NCBI GenBank assembly: GCA_026397015.1
Contig: JAPLVR010000003.1
Coordinates: 186,359 to 250,358 of the forward strand
DNA from: Candidatus Iainarchaeum sp.
Lineage (GTDB): Archaea > Iainarchaeota > Iainarchaeia > Iainarchaeales > JAAZKV01
DNA length: 64,000 bases
Direction: 5' to 3'
This document shows, in pieces, positions 18,147 to 28,800 of the stretch; position 1 is the stretch's first letter, and each line of letters starts with the position of its first letter. The position numbers were made by a program, and so were the translations under genes. Under the pieces are notes generated by a model. That model searched no databases. It was given only the letters and a program-made list of their open reading frames with translations, and was not told where the DNA came from.

Positions 18147-21100
18147 ATGCGAAGACAAGTTTTGTTCTTATTTATGATTCTTCTTTCGGCGACTGTTTTT
18201 GCGGACTACTGTGTTAACAGGACTGGACCCGGTTATCTTGTGGGTTGCGGTGTGCTAGGAGTACAAAGCGGGTTTTCAACCTGCATTTATAACACCGACG
18301 CCGCCATGACTAAAATTAAGACTGTATTGAATTATACTGGACCGAACTGCGGAGTAAGAGTTACTTGTTACAATATTGGCAGTGGCGCTAGTGCTGGTCT
18401 GCAAGTTTGTGCGGGATATGATACTGGTTGTTATGCGCCAGGCGCAGGGTCGTGCGTTTGCAGCCCGAATAGCCAATTTGCCCCTGAAACATGTTCAAAT
18501 GGTTTTACCTATAAAACTTGTAACGGTAATGGTGACGGTTATTCACAGGCGAACTGCCAGCGGATTGGCGGTAACTGCAGCGGTGGAGACATATTTTATA
18601 CATCCAGGCTTAACACATCCTGCCCCCCAATAAACGGGCAATGTGTTCAAGACGTTTATGGCGCCCTAAATGGCCTGGGATACTGGGAACAATCCTCAGG
18701 GGCAAGGGCTTACTGCGATACTGTGAATTATCATGGCCTTCAGGTGGCACAGGCATGCGTTAAAACAGATGGTTCATGTATCCCAAAGGTCTGTACAGCG
18801 AATGCGTATGAGACGAGGGTGTGCACCAACAACAAGGGATTCCAATGGAGACAATGCAACGGATCTGGAACAGGATACAACGCCGACTGGTCAGCCTGCA
18901 TAACCATCCCGGGAGGAAACTGCACCACAACAACCGGCGACCAATTCTACACACTAAGAGCAAACACCACCTGCACCCAATCAGGACTAGCAGACGGATC
19001 ATCATGCAGCCAAAACTACACTAACCAATTAAACTCACTAGGATACAGCGGACCATACACAGGAACAAGAGTGTATTGTGAAAGCGGGTCATATGCAGGT
19101 TTTACAGCGGGAGAGGTGTGCGTAAAAACAGATGCAGCCTGCAACCCACCAATCTGCACAGCAAACGCATACGAAGCAAAAGTATGCGCCAACAACAAAG
19201 GATTCCAATACAGAAAATGCAACGCAAACGGAACAGGATACGAACCAGACTGGCAACCATGCACAGCACTGCCTGGAGGGGATTGTAAAACAATAACCGG
19301 GGATTTATTTTATACATCAAGACTGGAAGGCAAAAACTGCTCCCAATACGGGTTCGCAGGACAGACTGGATACTCGGCATGCGTACAAAGCATTAACAGA
19401 AGTGTTTTGGACGCAGTAGGATATACGGGACCATACATCGGAGCAAGAGCATACTGCGACGATGAAACATACCAAGGCGCAACTGCAGCAGAAGCATGCG
19501 TAAAAACAGATTCTTCTTGCGGAGCACCGTGCACAGTGGGGCAAATAGAAGCACAAACCTGTGACAATGACAATGGATACAAGTACAGAACATGCAACTC
19601 AACAGGAACGGCATGGAACGACTGGACCACATGCGCACCGCTACCAGGAACAAACTGCGGAGCAGGAACAACCAAAATATTCTACAAAGCATTCCTCAAC
19701 AAAACATGTGCGGAAGTCGCCCAGGGAAGAACAAATGTCTGTATACAAGACGTATTCCAAATAGCGTGGAATAATGGGTACAGGGGCCTGGCAACGGGGG
19801 CAAAGGTATATTGTGATGATTACAGGACATCAAGCTTATACGGGGCAGGATTCTGCGTAAAGGTGGCTACGGAATGCGACCAGTCAGTCTGCACACCCGG
19901 AAAATACGAGGCAAGGGAATGCATAAACAAGAGGGCGGATACCAAAATGCCAAGCGGATATCAATACAGGCAATGCAACACAACAGGGCAAGCATGGGGC
20001 GACTGGTCAACATGCGCACCAATACCGGGAATAAACTGCGGAACCGGAATCACAAAAATATTCTACTACCCGAAACTCAACGTTACGTGTGCAGGGGTCG
20101 GGATACCGACAAGCGGACTATGCATACAAACAGTACTCCAACAAGCAAAAGCACTCGGATACACCGGACCAGAAACAGGCGCAAGAGCATATTGTGATAA
20201 TTACAGAACCGAAGATATATTCGGTGCGGGAGCATGCGTAAGAACGGACACAGGCTGCAATACCGGCTGCATATGCACCGACCAATACGACCCTGTTTGC
20301 GGAACAGACGGAAAAACTTATCCTAATGAATGCGCCGCGAGATGCGCGAAAATAGCGGTCGCGTATGAAGGCGAATGCAAAGAAAACTGCGCAAAGGAAG
20401 GGGAAGGAATCTGCAACACATGCACACCGGGAAGCGGACCAACGGAATGCTGCACCGGGCTGACAAAAATAACGCCCGCAAGTAAGCTAAATGATGATTG
20501 CACTTTGAAAAATATAGTCGGCGGACAATCATCAGTCTGCACCCATTGTGGAGACGACATTTGCGGAACCGGAGAAAACAAATGCAACTGTCCACAGGAT
20601 TGCAATCCCATTAAATGCGAAACAAGTAAAGATTGTTTAAGGGGTTGCATAGGGCCGAAAGCGACTTACGGTTCCTGCACGAACGGGCAATGTGTATATA
20701 CTAGATGTGAAACGGATGGCAGTGGCATTGACAGATGTGCTGCAGACACCGCACCGCCAACGTGCGACAAAAGATGCGACGCGGACTGCGAAACCAACGC
20801 GGACTGCATGGTTACTTGCGCCCAAAATTTATGCGCGATTGGCGAAACCAATTGTGCAGAATGCCCTGAATACACCTGCAACAGAGAATCCTGCGAGTGT
20901 GAGCCGGTAGTAGTACCTGTACCGCGGTTTAATTTGACAGTGCATACTGGCTGGAATATTTTCTCGATACCCGGAGCATTGAGCCTACTGAGCAATAATT
21001 GCGATTCAAGCAGATTTAGAATTTACGAATACACCCCCTCTTCAATACCTTGGTTTGTTCCTGTAAGCAACGTTGAAATAGGAAAGGCATATTTACTATA

Positions 21101-21422
21101 TTACCCTCTGGCAGATTGTTCGGTGAGAGGAACCATAACAGAGGCAATCAGTTCAAGCGAATTGCCGGCTGTCAGAACAGGCTGGAATTTCATACCTGTT
21201 CTTGTTGATATGATTGGAATGAAGGTGAGCGATCTTGTACCTGATTGTGGAGCCGTTAGGGCGTACTTCTACGATGCCGAAGCAGTTGGATTCGTTGACA
21301 TAACTAATACTATTTTAACTTCAAGTGATTTAGGCCAAGGATTCGGATTGTTTGCAATGAATGGCTGCACGGTTACAACACCATCGGAACCTGGCTTCCC
21401 TGCATTACCGGAGGCTGACTAA
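18147..21422 (+). CDS. giant Cys-rich secreted protein with five tandem ~120-aa repeats, a Kazal-like domain and a C-terminal beta-rich domain
   Basis: Signal peptide MRRQVLFLFMILLSATVFA. The repeat unit, CTANAYExxVCxNNKGFQxRxCN..GTGY..DW..C...PGGxC.T.TGD.FYT.R....C ... GYTGPYxGARAYCD....G....CVKTD..C, occurs five times (nt ~18480-20250, also visible as a DNA tandem). The Kazal signature is CICTDQYDPVCGTDGKTYPNECAARCA, and the module CGDDICGTGENKCNCPQDCN is also present. The tool start is TTG 18132; the first ATG is at 18147. Confidence 0.75.
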   Translation: MRRQVLFLFMILLSATVFADYCVNRTGPGYLVGCGVLGVQSGFSTCIYNTDAAMTKIKTVLNYTGPNCGVRVTCYNIGSGASAGLQVCAGYDTGCYAPGAGSCVCSPNSQFAPETCSNGFTYKTCNGNGDGYSQANCQRIGGNCSGGDIFYTSRLNTSCPPINGQCVQDVYGALNGLGYWEQSSGARAYCDTVNYHGLQVAQACVKTDGSCIPKVCTANAYETRVCTNNKGFQWRQCNGSGTGYNADWSACITIPGGNCTTTTGDQFYTLRANTTCTQSGLADGSSCSQNYTNQLNSLGYSGPYTGTRVYCESGSYAGFTAGEVCVKTDAACNPPICTANAYEAKVCANNKGFQYRKCNANGTGYEPDWQPCTALPGGDCKTITGDLFYTSRLEGKNCSQYGFAGQTGYSACVQSINRSVLDAVGYTGPYIGARAYCDDETYQGATAAEACVKTDSSCGAPCTVGQIEAQTCDNDNGYKYRTCNSTGTAWNDWTTCAPLPGTNCGAGTTKIFYKAFLNKTCAEVAQGRTNVCIQDVFQIAWNNGYRGLATGAKVYCDDYRTSSLYGAGFCVKVATECDQSVCTPGKYEARECINKRADTKMPSGYQYRQCNTTGQAWGDWSTCAPIPGINCGTGITKIFYYPKLNVTCAGVGIPTSGLCIQTVLQQAKALGYTGPETGARAYCDNYRTEDIFGAGACVRTDTGCNTGCICTDQYDPVCGTDGKTYPNECAARCAKIAVAYEGECKENCAKEGEGICNTCTPGSGPTECCTGLTKITPASKLNDDCTLKNIVGGQSSVCTHCGDDICGTGENKCNCPQDCNPIKCETSKDCLRGCIGPKATYGSCTNGQCVYTRCETDGSGIDRCAADTAPPTCDKRCDADCETNADCMVTCAQNLCAIGETNCAECPEYTCNRESCECEPVVVPVPRFNLTVHTGWNIFSIPGALSLLSNNCDSSRFRIYEYTPSSIPWFVPVSNVEIGKAYLLYYPLADCSVRGTITEAISSSELPAVRTGWNFIPVLVDMIGMKVSDLVPDCGAVRAYFYDAEAVGFVDITNTILTSSDLGQGFGLFAMNGCTVTTPSEPGFPALPEAD

Positions 21423-21425
21423 AGC

Positions 21426-21647
21426 ATGGAAAAAAAATTTGTTTTAGTTATACTTATTTTGGCAATAGTTGTTTCAATGCTGCTGCTTGGCTGCACATAT
21501 GAGGCGTCAGTTTGCGGCGACAGAATGTGCAACGGGCGGGAAACAGCCAGCACATGCCCTAATGATTGCGGAAGCAACGCTGCATCGCCACCTGCACTGC
21601 CTGCCAACGGAGACAGCGGAGTAGAGCCAACAATGCCTTGGCAATAA
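21426..21647 (+). CDS. small Cys-motif lipoprotein (73 aa)
   Basis: The signal sequence ends in the lipobox LLLGC and is followed by the module CGDRMCNGRETASTCPNDCGSN. The start lies 4 nt after the giant gene's stop. Confidence 0.5.
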   Translation: MEKKFVLVILILAIVVSMLLLGCTYEASVCGDRMCNGRETASTCPNDCGSNAASPPALPANGDSGVEPTMPWQ

Positions 21648-21742
21648 AATATTCTAATATAAAATTAGAGTTCATCGTGGGCAAATCGAAAAATTAATTA
21701 TTAAAAAAAGCAATTTATACATAACCCTGATTATTTTAAAAA

Positions 21743-23257
21743 TCATTTTTTTGCCAGCGCCTTGTTGATTCCTTTTATCAGCGCCTGCGCACTAGCCATA
21801 ACGATGTCCTCGTTAATGGCTTCCGCCTCATAAATTTTTCCGCTGCCGTTTGAAACTTTTACAACAACATCTGCCAACGCATCCGTGCCGCCTGTAATCG
21901 CCTTCAAATAGTAGTCCTTCAGGAAAATCTGCTGGGGGATGACTGATTTTATCGCATTGCTTACCGCATCAACCGGACCCAGCCCGTAACCAACCGCCTC
22001 AACACTCTTGCCGTCAATCACGAGTTTTATTTTCGCCTTCGGCCTTGTTTTGTTTCCGGTTTCAATAAACAGTTCGTCAAGAACTACACGCTGCTCTTCT
22101 TTCTTCAGTTCCTTCGTAACATCACCCGCAATCGCCACGATATCCTCTTCAAGGACAATTTTCTGCTTGTCGGCAAGGTCCTTTATTTTTTTGGTCACTT
22201 GGGCAAGCTGCCCCTCGCTTAAAATGAAGCCCATTTCCTCAAGGACTTTTTTCGCCGCGTGCTTTCCGCTGTGCTTACCCAAAACAAGTTTTGTTTTTTT
22301 GCCGATAATTTTTGGATTAATTATTTCGTAAGTTTCTGAGTTGGCAAGGATGCCGTGCTGATGGATGCCCGATTCGTGGGAGAAGGCGTTTTCGCCGACT
22401 ATGGCCTTGTTGCGCTGAACGGAAATTCCAGAAAGGCTGCTTACCATCTGCGAAGTTGCATAAATTTCTTTCAAATTGATATTTGTTTCTGCTTTGAAAA
22501 AATTTTTGCGCGCATAAAGGTTCATTGCGACCTCTTCAAGCGCGGCATTGCCTGCGCGCTCCCCCAAACCGTTAATTGTGCACTCTACCTGCGAAGCGCC
22601 GTTCGCTACGCCGGCAAGGCTGTTTGCAACCGCAAGACCCAAATCGTTGTGGCAATGGGTGCTTATTGCAATTCCTTCAATATTCGGCACTTCTTCCCTA
22701 ATTTTTTTCACCAAGACGCCGTACTCTGCAGGCTGGGAATAGCCGACCGTATCTGCAACATTTATGGTGGAGGCGCCGGCTTCAATCGTTTTCTCGATAA
22801 CCCCGAGCAAAAAAGGCACATCGGAACGGGTTGCGTCCATCGGAGAAAATTCTATGTCGTTACAGAGGTCGGAAGCGAATTTTACCGCCTCAACGGACAT
22901 TTTTAGGGCATCCGCACGCGAAATTTTGAACTGCTCTTTCAAGTGGATATCCGAAGTGGACATAAATGTGTGAATGCGGGGCTTTTTCGCGCTTTGAAGC
23001 GCTTTCCACGCAACTTTTATGTCATTTTCGCGGGCGCGGGCAAGGGCGGCAATCTTGGACTTCTTAATTATCGAAGAAATTTCTGAAACAGCTTTGAAGT
23101 CTTCGTCGCTCGAAACAGGGAAGCCTGCTTCAATAATATCCACTCCGAGTTTTTCCAGTTGCTTCGCTATGATAATTTTTTCGCGATGATTTATGGTTGC
23201 GCCGGGGCTCTGCTCGCCATCCCTTAATGTCGTGTCAAAAATTTTTATTTTCCTCAC
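21743..23257 (-). CDS. leuA: 2-isopropylmalate synthase / (R)-citramalate synthase (LeuA/CimA family)
   Basis: N-terminal DRE-TIM metallolyase signature [15 protein letters not shown], HxH ([15 protein letters not shown]), and the C-terminal LeuA-dimer regulatory domain. 504 aa. Confidence 0.85.
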   Translation of the reverse strand: MRKIKIFDTTLRDGEQSPGATINHREKIIIAKQLEKLGVDIIEAGFPVSSDEDFKAVSEISSIIKKSKIAALARARENDIKVAWKALQSAKKPRIHTFMSTSDIHLKEQFKISRADALKMSVEAVKFASDLCNDIEFSPMDATRSDVPFLLGVIEKTIEAGASTINVADTVGYSQPAEYGVLVKKIREEVPNIEGIAISTHCHNDLGLAVANSLAGVANGASQVECTINGLGERAGNAALEEVAMNLYARKNFFKAETNINLKEIYATSQMVSSLSGISVQRNKAIVGENAFSHESGIHQHGILANSETYEIINPKIIGKKTKLVLGKHSGKHAAKKVLEEMGFILSEGQLAQVTKKIKDLADKQKIVLEEDIVAIAGDVTKELKKEEQRVVLDELFIETGNKTRPKAKIKLVIDGKSVEAVGYGLGPVDAVSNAIKSVIPQQIFLKDYYLKAITGGTDALADVVVKVSNGSGKIYEAEAINEDIVMASAQALIKGINKALAKK

Positions 23258-23720
23258 TTTATTTCCCCCACAAATTTTCCCCTATTATTTTTTCCGCATT
23301 ATTTTCCCTTATTATTTCCCTCATAACCATCACACATATTTAATATAAAAACAATGAAACAGCGCCTCCCAAAAAGTAGTGGAAAGCGGTTAACCCAGAA
23401 GCAAGAGCAAGTAAGCGAGAACTGTTCCGAGAACGAAGAGGCCTACAGCAGATGAAAAATCGCCTAAAAAACTTATTCCTGTTTGCCTCATAAAAATCTC
23501 TCTTTCCCTATTATGCGCTTCCCCCTTTTAAAAGGTTTCTTGTTTGGATACTGAAACAAAAAATACATCCAAAAAGGGTTTTCTTGCGTAAAAAAAGGCG
23601 GAAAAACTGAAAAAATTACAAACCAAAGAAATGCCAAAAATTGCATGCCAAAAAAAGAGAACTGAAAAAACCGTGCGCCAAAGAAATACAAATAAAAGGG
23701 AGTTAGGGCATAATTAATCA

Positions 23721-24302
23721 ATGAGGAAAGCCCCCAAAAAAACAAATCCTGTTCAAAAAAAACCTTCGCAGAAAAAGCCCCGGGTTTTATCTTATGAAGA
23801 GGCCTGGGGCGGTTTTATGCCCGAAGTGGAAGAGGCACTCATCAAGGAAAGATTGGCAAAAATGGCCCGAATTGAAAAGAGATTTGAAAGGGCTATGCCC
23901 TCCAAGGAAAGAAGCGTTTACTGGATTTATGCAAAAAGAAAAAAAGGAAATTATCCCGCGCATACCGAACGCGGCGGAAAGTGGCTGGTTTTCGTTGACG
24001 AACCTTACATTGATGCTGTTTGGAAAAAAATAAAAAAGGCGACGGCGGACGGGCGCCTCGGTGGCTACACAAAAGTTTCAACGGCAAAACCCCTTTCGGA
24101 GGAAATGGCGAAGCGTACCGGCATGGCGGACAAGCATGTGAGAGTGGTATGTGTTTACACATATGACTATCAGGACAAAGTGGATTCCATGCGAATAAGG
24201 GAAGAACTAAGGAAGATGGGGATAATCAAAAAAATACCTTACAAGCCCGATTATGCTGCCGGAAAATACGGCGTCGAAACTGTTGTAGAATACGAGGCTT
24301 GA
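23721..24302 (+). CDS. hypothetical protein (193 aa), basic N-terminus
   Basis: No motif recognised. Confidence 0.45.
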   Translation: MRKAPKKTNPVQKKPSQKKPRVLSYEEAWGGFMPEVEEALIKERLAKMARIEKRFERAMPSKERSVYWIYAKRKKGNYPAHTERGGKWLVFVDEPYIDAVWKKIKKATADGRLGGYTKVSTAKPLSEEMAKRTGMADKHVRVVCVYTYDYQDKVDSMRIREELRKMGIIKKIPYKPDYAAGKYGVETVVEYEA

Positions 24303-24507
24303 CAGCAAAAGTTGGCGGCGCAATTTTGAGGGATTTTTCCGTTCTCCCGCCTGCAGAAAAATATAAATAAAAGGGCTTCTCTGGCCCCTTATTGTATAAA
24401 CGCGAAAGTAAGGGTGATAAAATTGTACAAGAACAGAAAAAGAAAAAACAGAAAAAGGCTTATGAAAAGCAGAAGAAAGTAAGGCGCAAAAAAGACGACA
24501 AAAAATA

Positions 24508-25092
24508 ATGGTTTTTATGCAGCCGCGGGACAGAACAAGCAGTCTGATTGGCCAGATGTTTTCCGAGTGCCACAACAGACTCGGAAGAAGCGAAGACCCC
24601 GTAAATTATGCCGGCATAATGGAATCTGTCAACTCCTCGATAACGGAGCTGCAAAAAGTACTTCCCGAAATCGGAAAAGACGAAAGGAAGCTCGTGCTTT
24701 TTGAAGCAGCAAAACAGTTAGATTTGTTGAGGGCTAGGTTCAGGGAATCAAAAAAAGCTGAAATGACCGAACACAAAAAAGGGTTCGTTACTTTTCTGAA
24801 TGAAAGGATGGTAATGATTATTGCACTCCTGCTAAAGGAAGAAAAGGACTGGCAGCTGGTGAAAAGGATTGACCAGATGATTACGCCGATTTACTATTTT
24901 GAAAGGGAAAAAGTATCGGACGCAATGAACTCAAAAGTTCCGTGGACGCCGGTTGCAACAATCGACCAGGAATATGCGGTTGAAATTTTTAGCAAACGGT
25001 TTGAAAGCGTGCTTAACAGGAATCCCGAACTCAGGGAGCAGATGGAAGAATACAAAAAATTTTTGGAGCAGAGTGCCCCAAAAATCGAATAA
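24508..25092 (+). CDS. hypothetical protein (194 aa)
   Basis: No motif recognised. Confidence 0.45.
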   Translation: MVFMQPRDRTSSLIGQMFSECHNRLGRSEDPVNYAGIMESVNSSITELQKVLPEIGKDERKLVLFEAAKQLDLLRARFRESKKAEMTEHKKGFVTFLNERMVMIIALLLKEEKDWQLVKRIDQMITPIYYFEREKVSDAMNSKVPWTPVATIDQEYAVEIFSKRFESVLNRNPELREQMEEYKKFLEQSAPKIE

Positions 25093-25153
25093 AAAAATTT
25101 CAAACGAAACTCGAATAAAAAAATTTTAAGAATTGAAAACCCGGTTTGCAATG

Positions 25154-25525
25154 TTAAGAATAAATTATTTTTTTCAAATCAATTTTTCTTATTCCTATTT
25201 CGAGGAAGCCGTCCGCACGCCCCTTGACAAGTTCACCGCTCAATATCGAGCCGTCGGCTGCGCTCGCCAGAACATTCATCTTTATGATGAGTTCTTTTCC
25301 TTTCCTCTCAACAGTTCCATTGGCCGTTTCAAGTTTGAATCTCCTGTCGCGCGCATGATTCGTTACAGAACCTATTTTTCCATGGGAACTCACTTCAAAG
25401 TCGCGCATTCCGCCGTTAGAACTCACTATTAACCCATATTTTATGTCATTTTCTTTCGTGAAGGCATCTAAACATTTGCAAATATCCTCTCCGTCATCCA
25501 AAGACATAGTTATAACCCCTGCCAT
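25154..25525 (-). CDS. PPC (DUF296) domain protein
   Basis: The pattern DIKYGLIVSSNGGMRDFEV...GSILSGELV matches PPC/DUF296. 123 aa. Confidence 0.5.
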   Translation of the reverse strand: MAGVITMSLDDGEDICKCLDAFTKENDIKYGLIVSSNGGMRDFEVSSHGKIGSVTNHARDRRFKLETANGTVERKGKELIIKMNVLASAADGSILSGELVKGRADGFLEIGIRKIDLKKIIYS

Positions 25526-25827
25526 TTTTTCACCACCATAAAAAAAGACGATAACTCAAAAAAATTATGAAAATTACCGTTCTTTTATCACTCCGATTCA
25601 GCACTATATACCCTTTATCGGGAATATAAACCTAATCATTCAACCGGCCTGCTGATTTTACCATAATTTTCAATTATTTTATTTTTTTTTGCGGTGTTTT
25701 TTGAAAATATTTAAAAAAAATAAAAAAACATTTTCGTCAAACAACGTAAACAGACAATTTAAATACAACCTCTGACATAACAATAGCGATTGGTACAAAC
25801 ATCAAATTAAAAGATTAACAAAGCAGG

Positions 25828-28800
25828 ATGATCAATTTGGAATTTTTCAAAAAAAATCTGATCTGTTTCGCAGTTCTATTTTTCGCTTCGATTATTCCGG
25901 GCGTTTGCGGTGCCGCAGTGCAAATTGACATAAACGGGCAGTATTATCTCGGCGGAGCGGTGACAATATCCGGAACAGTTGCTCCGGCGGCTGCAAATGA
26001 TTTGAATATTTATCTTACCAACGCGTCAAGCGGCGCGGTATTTGACAGCAACACTGTGGCTGCCGATGCAAACGGGGCGTATTCCATAACATACAATTAT
26101 TTGAGCGCTGGCGACTATAACGGGCTGGTAACAGATGCAAATTCAAGCGCGACCAATAGATTTTACCTAAAAATAACCAATTATGCAAGCATAGACATCA
26201 ATTTTGTTGGAAGTATGCCGCCTTTAAATATCGGCCAGGCATTGGTTGCGAATTTTACTTTGAGGGATTATAATAATGCAGTGGTAACAAGTGATTACAA
26301 CATCGCATTAAAACTTGTTGATTCGGATGGAACCGTTGTCAAGGATCAAAACAACTATGTTCCAAAATCAGGCGGGGCAAACAGAACTGATGATTATAAC
26401 TTCGGCGCTCTTCCCACTCCAGGAACATATACAATAATAGTGGACAACGGAGTAACTGGGTTTAATGTTCCAGTGATAGCGTACAACTTATTTGTTAATT
26501 CGTTCAATTCCAGCACCGGCGACCCCCAAAAGATATTTGCCGCGGGACAGGACGCGAATGTAAAGGTGTTCATGAGCAACACAAGCGGAACCCCGATAAC
26601 AAGCGGAACTATTTCAGGAACAATACAAGCGCCAAGTAGCGTTACACAATCCCCACTAACTTTCACCCCATACGGCGGCTATTTCATGGCGAATACGGGC
26701 GCATTAAGCACGCAAGGAGAATATACAATAAGAGTTAGTGCGAGCGCACTCGGTTACAGCCAAAACCAGGAATTAAAACTTAAAATCCAAAGCTACTCGA
26801 TGTTATTGCAGCCGAAAAAGAATGAAAGCGCCGGAAAGAAAGAGAGGATGAAGGGAGCATACAGCACTTCTTCGCAGGCGATTCTTGAACTGAGCATAAC
26901 CGACTTGAACACAAACATGGCTCTCGCAGGATTGGATTTGAATAGCGCCTGCAATAAAAACAAATTATCGCTTACTGTTTACAAGGCGGGTTCGACTGTT
27001 GGAACAAGCGTTACTTTCGATGTGAATAATGTGCCGGATAAGACATGCGATTTGAATTTTGTTACGCCTTCATCAACAGGAGAATATCGTTACAAACTGG
27101 TCGGCACGGACATGAATGTGGCAAATACTGTGCAGGATTTGGCAACATCAACCGGATTGAAAGTGCAGAATCAGATGGTGTTCTTCGACGCGGTTGATCC
27201 ATCTGCATATGCGCAGGATTCGAGCAATTCGTGGAAATTCACTTTCTACAAAGATGAAAACATCGGGTTTGTTGCAAATGTAATTGATTTGAATGTGAGT
27301 GATGATGCGGATGTTTCTGCAGTAAGTAAGGCAACAATAATGCAGAACGGCCAGCGCATAACAATAACCAACACTGTTGATAAAAATTATCTTGATTATA
27401 ACGCGGAGTCGCATGTGCTGTTAATGCTCGGAAGCGCACTCACTGATAATAATGTTTCCGCAGGGTTCGTTCCGATAGAATTCACGGTAGATGTAAATTC
27501 AAATAATGACGCGATGGATGCGAATAGCATTACTGCATTCGGCGCGTTCAAATACAAAATAATGAATATTTCTTCGATGCCGGCGGATGAAAACGGCGGC
27601 TCAAAATCAACAATGTTCGGACCGCCGGTATTCCACTCAGATACCGAAGGAGTTTACCTTCAGGTTTCGGTTACGAATGCGGGCGGAACTGCGATAAAAT
27701 ATGCCAATGTTGAGCTTTACTCTCTTAGAAATGTAGATGACTGGAATGAACTGAGCGTTGCCCCGATAAACGCGATTTCGGATAACAATAATCTTATTAC
27801 GAGCAGCGCCGGAACGGCACATCTTCACTTGGGCACACTCTCTTCAGGGATTTACTTCGGGCAGGTGAAAGTAACAAACGGAAGCACGATTGATTATGGG
27901 GATTTCTTTTTGATGGTGAAAAGTTACATTGTTAATGCACAGCCATTGACAGTGGAAAACGGCCAGTGCATGTTCATGAATTCAATCGGACAGAACAGCG
28001 ATTTCAACATGGTGATAATGGCGATGAACCCTGCGCTGGGAATGCCTGTTAATGATTATGTTCCGGATGAAAACGGCACGAAAGTGTTCCTCATGAGCAT
28101 GGGGGAAGAATTCAAGGAACCGACAATATACGATGTTACTTTGAGCAGCCCGTTTGATTTCAATTGTACGGGAATGATGGGTCCTCCGGGCGAAGTGCAG
28201 ACATTCAAAGCAATGACAGTTCACCCGAACGGCGATTCTAACTGGCAGGCGGGAAATTACAGGGTGCTTGTGAAAGGAAGTTCTGCTGAGCTTGGAGCGG
28301 AAGCCGGAGACGGCTTTTTCAGGGTGCAACCATTTAAATTCAGTTTAATGCCGTTGGCAATGACGGGCATGGGCGGCGGAGACCAAAAGATGCTTAATGC
28401 GACACCGGGTTCGGCTTTTGATTTCAATGTCATATCGGACAAGAGCATTACTCTGAGAGCAATTCTTGTTGATGAAAAAACACAGCAGGATGTTAACAGC
28501 AATATTAATTTTGTTAACAACAGCAACACAGTCAATGCAAATGAACTCACAACCGTTTCGGTTCTTATCCCGTCAAATATCCCTTTATCTGAATACCCGC
28601 TGATAGTTTTCGGTGATGACACTTCGGGCAACCAGGCGGAGCAGGATTTATTCCTAAGAATGAGCCTTTTCAATTTGGTTGTGCCAAGCGGTATTGGAAA
28701 TCAAAATCTGCAGTATCAGCAAAGCAATACGGGGGCATATGACACAAACATTTTGGATGATGCTACAAATGGAAACCTGCGCCATTCAAGCGGCCCTGGC

